In this document: positions 34,418 through 37,768 of the stretch, one piece after another
Layout: each line of letters begins with the position of its first letter
Numbering within the stretch: position 1 is the stretch's first letter
IMG/VR virus record: IMGVR_UViG_3300037484_000436
Span: 1-37,768 of that record
Strand: one strand, 5' to 3'
DNA from: a virus
Taxonomy: Duplodnaviria; Caudoviricetes
Length of the DNA stretch: 37,768 nt
Position numbers and translations under genes: made by a program
Notes under the pieces: model-generated
What the model was told of the DNA's origin: nothing
Database searches by the model: none
Seen by the model: the letters and a program-made list of their open reading frames with translations, nothing else

Positions 34418-34521
34418 TGTCGTTCCTGCTCCCAGATAACTCTATATAATTGCATTAAAAAAGGGGTCACCGGTGCCTTTAGTGAGAGATAATTCCACTA
34501 TTTTAGATACTATTTCCTCCA

Positions 34522-35502
34522 TCAAAATAATGGTTCCTCTCCTTCTTTAAAATCAAGATTTCCCTGGGTGAACTCCAGGTCGTTACGATGTTCAATGTTC
34601 TTTTTTGCCTGCCGGTAGTAGGATTCTTTTAATTCAATCCCTATGGCCCTACGTCCCATTTTGAGGGCCTGGAAAACCTCGGAACCGACACCCATAAAGG
34701 GAGTTAAAACTACATCACCAGGATTAGACCAGAGGGTTAGGCAACGTTCTATTACGTCTAACTGCAAGGGGTGGACGTGTTTTTCGTCTTCCTGGTCTCT
34801 GGCCGCCTTAAAAGGTAGCACCCTCCCTAAGCGTACATCGTCCCAAAAAGCGGACGCATATTGTCTCCAAATCCAATGCGAGTATCTGTTTTCGATCTGG
34901 TTTCCCCTGTAGCCTTTAAATTTAAAAAGCCCTTGAGGTATTTTTCTTTCTCCTGCATATTCGGTTAAGCCTACCGGGTGAGAGATGGGAATCTTATTTT
35001 CTCCTTTTTTCCGAAATACCAAAAGCCAATCCGCAGAGGCGACACTACATCGGGAAGAATCCTCCACTATGGTTTTATGGGCAAGATTTTTAGCCATTGT
35101 TCGATTCCTAACGCCCAAAGGCTCTTTCCATATAGCATATCGAGCGATATATAAAAAACCTTCCTTATCATGCAAACGAATTATGTCTCCCGGAAAATCT
35201 ATAAGATGATCGGTTCCACTGTTCCCGCTCGGAACATCCATACAATGAACAGCGGTCATTCTCCCCGGCATGGTGACTCTAAAAATCTCATTAATTACAA
35301 ATTGGAAATGGTCAAAAAAACTGGCATAATCGGGAGCATTTGATAAATCCCGGTCATGGCTGGAATAATGATAAAGCCCACCGAAGGGCGGAGAATAGAC
35401 AGAAAACCCAATTTTTTCATCTGGGATTTTACCCATAACCTCGATGCAATCTCCATTGTAAACAGAGTACTGGTCGGCAATTTCTTGATCTAAGACAGCC
35501 AC
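34522..35502 (-). CDS. DNA methyltransferase, N6-adenine/N4-cytosine type (beta order)
   Basis: YNGDCIE, SVYSPPF (motif IV), HVHPLQL and TPFMGVGSE (motif I). Confidence 0.92.
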   Translation of the reverse strand: MAVLDQEIADQYSVYNGDCIEVMGKIPDEKIGFSVYSPPFGGLYHYSSHDRDLSNAPDYASFFDHFQFVINEIFRVTMPGRMTAVHCMDVPSGNSGTDHLIDFPGDIIRLHDKEGFLYIARYAIWKEPLGVRNRTMAKNLAHKTIVEDSSRCSVASADWLLVFRKKGENKIPISHPVGLTEYAGERKIPQGLFKFKGYRGNQIENRYSHWIWRQYASAFWDDVRLGRVLPFKAARDQEDEKHVHPLQLDVIERCLTLWSNPGDVVLTPFMGVGSEVFQALKMGRRAIGIELKESYYRQAKKNIEHRNDLEFTQGNLDFKEGEEPLF

Positions 35503-36872
35503 GATGGTATTTCCTCCTTTATTGTAAATTCTTTTGTTCTTTGGATATGTAAAGATTCGTTCATATACCCCACAAGGCTGGTAAACATTTTATCTGCCGC
35601 GTCGGCTTTGCGTTTAAGGTTTTTCATTACATTTTCTTCGCCTTCCGTGGTAATAATATCAACTTGCACGGGTTTCTTTTGTCCAAATCTCCAACACCGG
35701 CGCACCCCCTGGTAAAATTGTTCAAAGCTGTGTGAAGGGAAAAAGGTTACATGGGAACAGTTTTGGAAATTCAATCCCCAAGCCCCTATCTTTGGTTTTG
35801 TAACCAAAACTCGGAGATTCCCACTTGCAAAACTTAGAAACATCGACTCTTTTTTTTCATCTGAATCTTTCCCGCTTACCTGTTCGGCTCCATCAATAAT
35901 CTTTTCCAACAAGTCACCTTCTGGATTTAAATGACACCAGACAATAGCCTGTTCTCCAGTATCGTTTACTCGGGACTTAACCATTTCACAACGTTCTTGT
36001 ATGGTTCTCCGTCTTTCGTCTCGTTGTTCTTGAAGGTTAATGGCGGGGAGATTAAAAAGCATTCCTTCGGGAGGTTTTATGGCCTTGACCATGTAATTTG
36101 TTTCTGTCAACCGAGGGAGGATAAACCCATCATTATCAAAGCCCAAATCAGAAGGTTTTCTTATGGCCCTCGCCCAGGAGCATAGCCATTTCCAAAACGG
36201 TATCTCGGCATGACCCTTGAATCTCCATTCCATCTTTTTACCGTGAAACATCTTTATTGAAGAGCTGTTGTTATCGTTTTTGAAAAATCTATTAAGCATA
36301 TCCATATAACCCAAATATCCGAGGGCCTCACTTGATGTTCCGAGTTCAATATAGTCATTTGGGGCTGCCGTAGCGGTACAAAGTAGTCGGTATTTCATTT
36401 TTCTCATAAACTCGGTAATCTCTTTTCGGTATGATCCGTCAAATGACTTTAAAATACTTGACTCGTCAAGAACACACCCGGAAAAATCCTCGGGATTAAA
36501 ATAATGGAGGCGTTCGTAGTTGGTGACAGTGATTCGGGGCATAACCCTGCCCTCTCTTGATTGCAGGCAATCTATGCCGAATTTTTCCGCTTCCCTGACG
36601 GTCTGAGCAGATACAGCCAAGGGGGTGAGAATCAAGACCGGCTTGTCTGTTTTGCGGCAAATATTCTCCGCCCAAACTAATTGCATGGGGGTTTTTCCTA
36701 ATCCACAATCTGCAAAAATAGCAGACCGCCCTTTTCGGATAGACCACTCCGTTAGATGTTTCTGAAAACCAAAAAGAAAGTCAGGAATCCACAGTGGTTC
36801 AAAGCCGAACCCCTCCCCTATTTGTGATTTCCTCTCTAAAAAATCATGGTATTTATTATTTATTCCGTCCAT
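35490..36872 (-). CDS. SNF2/SF2 helicase-like ATPase
   Basis: ADCGLGKT, LDESS, TAT, GLNFQ and QGVRRCWRFGQ motifs; start placed at ATG 36872. Confidence 0.9.
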   Translation of the reverse strand: MDGINNKYHDFLERKSQIGEGFGFEPLWIPDFLFGFQKHLTEWSIRKGRSAIFADCGLGKTPMQLVWAENICRKTDKPVLILTPLAVSAQTVREAEKFGIDCLQSREGRVMPRITVTNYERLHYFNPEDFSGCVLDESSILKSFDGSYRKEITEFMRKMKYRLLCTATAAPNDYIELGTSSEALGYLGYMDMLNRFFKNDNNSSSIKMFHGKKMEWRFKGHAEIPFWKWLCSWARAIRKPSDLGFDNDGFILPRLTETNYMVKAIKPPEGMLFNLPAINLQEQRDERRRTIQERCEMVKSRVNDTGEQAIVWCHLNPEGDLLEKIIDGAEQVSGKDSDEKKESMFLSFASGNLRVLVTKPKIGAWGLNFQNCSHVTFFPSHSFEQFYQGVRRCWRFGQKKPVQVDIITTEGEENVMKNLKRKADAADKMFTSLVGYMNESLHIQRTKEFTIKEEIPSWLS

Positions 36873-37072
36873 CGAGTGAAGCACCTCCTTAAACAATATG
36901 AACGACCAATCGAAATGACCGTGAACCACAAACCGATTAAAAGATTATCCCGCAGTGGAATATTTATTTTAAAGAATGGGAAAATGACCACCTGGGACAA
37001 GACGGCCACCCCATAGCCAGCCAAAACATTAGAGATTGATTCAATTAGGCTGTGAGTTTTCTTCTGCATCAA
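36860..37072 (-). CDS. Small two-TM membrane protein (DUF7220-like)
   Basis: Q....SLIES..NV..GY.VA..SQ..IFP.F...NL.IG..FT.ISI.RSY.LRR.F. Confidence 0.75.
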   Translation of the reverse strand: MMQKKTHSLIESISNVLAGYGVAVLSQVVIFPFFKINIPLRDNLLIGLWFTVISIGRSYCLRRCFTRWTE

Positions 37073-37099
37073 AACAAATTCCCCTGCCGTCCCCCGAAC

Positions 37100-37504
37100 C
37101 TAAAGAGCTGTTATTGTTAATTCGGTCCTTGGATTTTTTAGATCGTGAAAAAGCCGGCTGCCATCCCAAGACTCAATTAATTTGTCGTTTTCCCATAGGA
37201 TTCCCTCGCCCATATCTCCAATGCTTTCACAAGCTCCCGATAAATCTGGCCTGTTTCCCTTGTAGAAAAACAGAGCAGTTACTTGGATAGGCTCATTGAA
37301 CTCGAATTTAACTTGTCCCCAAAGGGCCTCTTGTGCCTGTTTCTCCCATTTTTTATAGGCATTTGAGGGGAGGATAATGGCGCGCCGAGGGACATTAACC
37401 CCACCTACCATAGTGGCAATCTTGGAATTTTTCTTGCTCACCACCGAACCCGGAATGGTTATTTCTATTTTCAAATACTGTTGAACCTTGGTCATCAGTC
37501 TCAT
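37100..37504 (-). CDS. rusA: RusA-like Holliday junction resolvase
   Basis: IPG...SKKNS, RPDL, D..EGI.WEND and D.KNPRTE motifs; GGAGGAGG SD. Confidence 0.8.
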   Translation of the reverse strand: MRLMTKVQQYLKIEITIPGSVVSKKNSKIATMVGGVNVPRRAIILPSNAYKKWEKQAQEALWGQVKFEFNEPIQVTALFFYKGNRPDLSGACESIGDMGEGILWENDKLIESWDGSRLFHDLKNPRTELTITAL

Positions 37505-37521
37505 CACCCCTCCTCCTCTCC

Positions 37522-37695
37522 TCAATCCAAAATAGGCGGTTCTTCAGCAGGTGGTTCTCCGGTGCCGTCCAGAAAATCCTCATAGGGGCAGACATGCTCT
37601 GGGTCGAGTTCGAGCCACTGTTTATTGCCATCCTGCAGGATCTCCAGGCTGAACTCATGGCCGCAGTTTTTGCATTTTATAGTTGGTATGCTCAT
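37522..37695 (-). CDS. 57-aa CxxC...HxC zinc-finger protein, not in ORF track
   Basis: MSIPTIKCKNCGHEFSLEILQDGNKQWLELDPEHVCPYEDFLDGTGEPPAEEPPILD; AAGGA SD. Confidence 0.7.
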   Translation of the reverse strand: MSIPTIKCKNCGHEFSLEILQDGNKQWLELDPEHVCPYEDFLDGTGEPPAEEPPILD

Positions 37696-37768
37696 TATTT
37701 TTCCTTTCTTTTATTGCCTTCAGGCGTTCCAGGTTGCGTTTTTCCCGAACCTCTATCCCGGCATCGGC
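37657..37768 (-). CDS. 3' end of a gene entering from the right edge
   Basis: Open frame ADAGIEVREKRNLERLKAIKERKNNEH...LRP*. Confidence 0.4.

Noticed and set aside
467-37290. All + strand ORFs in the ORF track
   Set aside because: They are antisense shadows of well-supported - strand genes or regulatory regions, with no recognisable motifs.
1277-37504. Genome-wide stop-codon reassignment (TAG or TGA)
   Set aside because: Long genes are intact under the standard code, and both TAG and TGA terminate genes right at the next SD/start.

Overview
A near-complete, single-orientation (all convincing genes on the - strand) genome segment of a short-tailed, P22/podovirus-like dsDNA phage. Reading the - strand from the right end: RusA-like resolvase, small membrane protein, SNF2-like helicase plus N4/N6 DNA methyltransferase, Acb2/Tad1-like small helical protein, a C4-like structured RNA element, replication initiator with internal iterons, DnaC-like loader, terminase small and large subunits, portal, scaffold, major capsid, decoration proteins, a two-domain (GT8-like + GT9-like) glycosyltransferase, head-tail adaptor, nozzle, a Cys/Pro-rich protein, three ejection-type proteins (the largest carrying an AT-rich ART-like insert), tail fibre, exported/lipoprotein genes, holins and a SleB-type endolysin. 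These are followed by a regulatory intergenic region, a leaderless Cro-like HTH gene and a hexapeptide-repeat gene that runs off the left edge. No integrase, tRNA, CRISPR array or reverse transcriptase was seen. The most unusual observations are: a small CxxC...Hx(TGA)P gene with an in-frame UGA at a cysteine position followed by a SECIS-like hairpin (candidate phage selenoprotein); a promoter-to-terminator ~150-nt RNA with a pseudoknot over an SD sequence; a switchable terminator element in front of the scaffold/capsid genes; and a possible -1 frameshift gene after the endolysin. All functional calls come from motif recognition by eye; no database searches were run.
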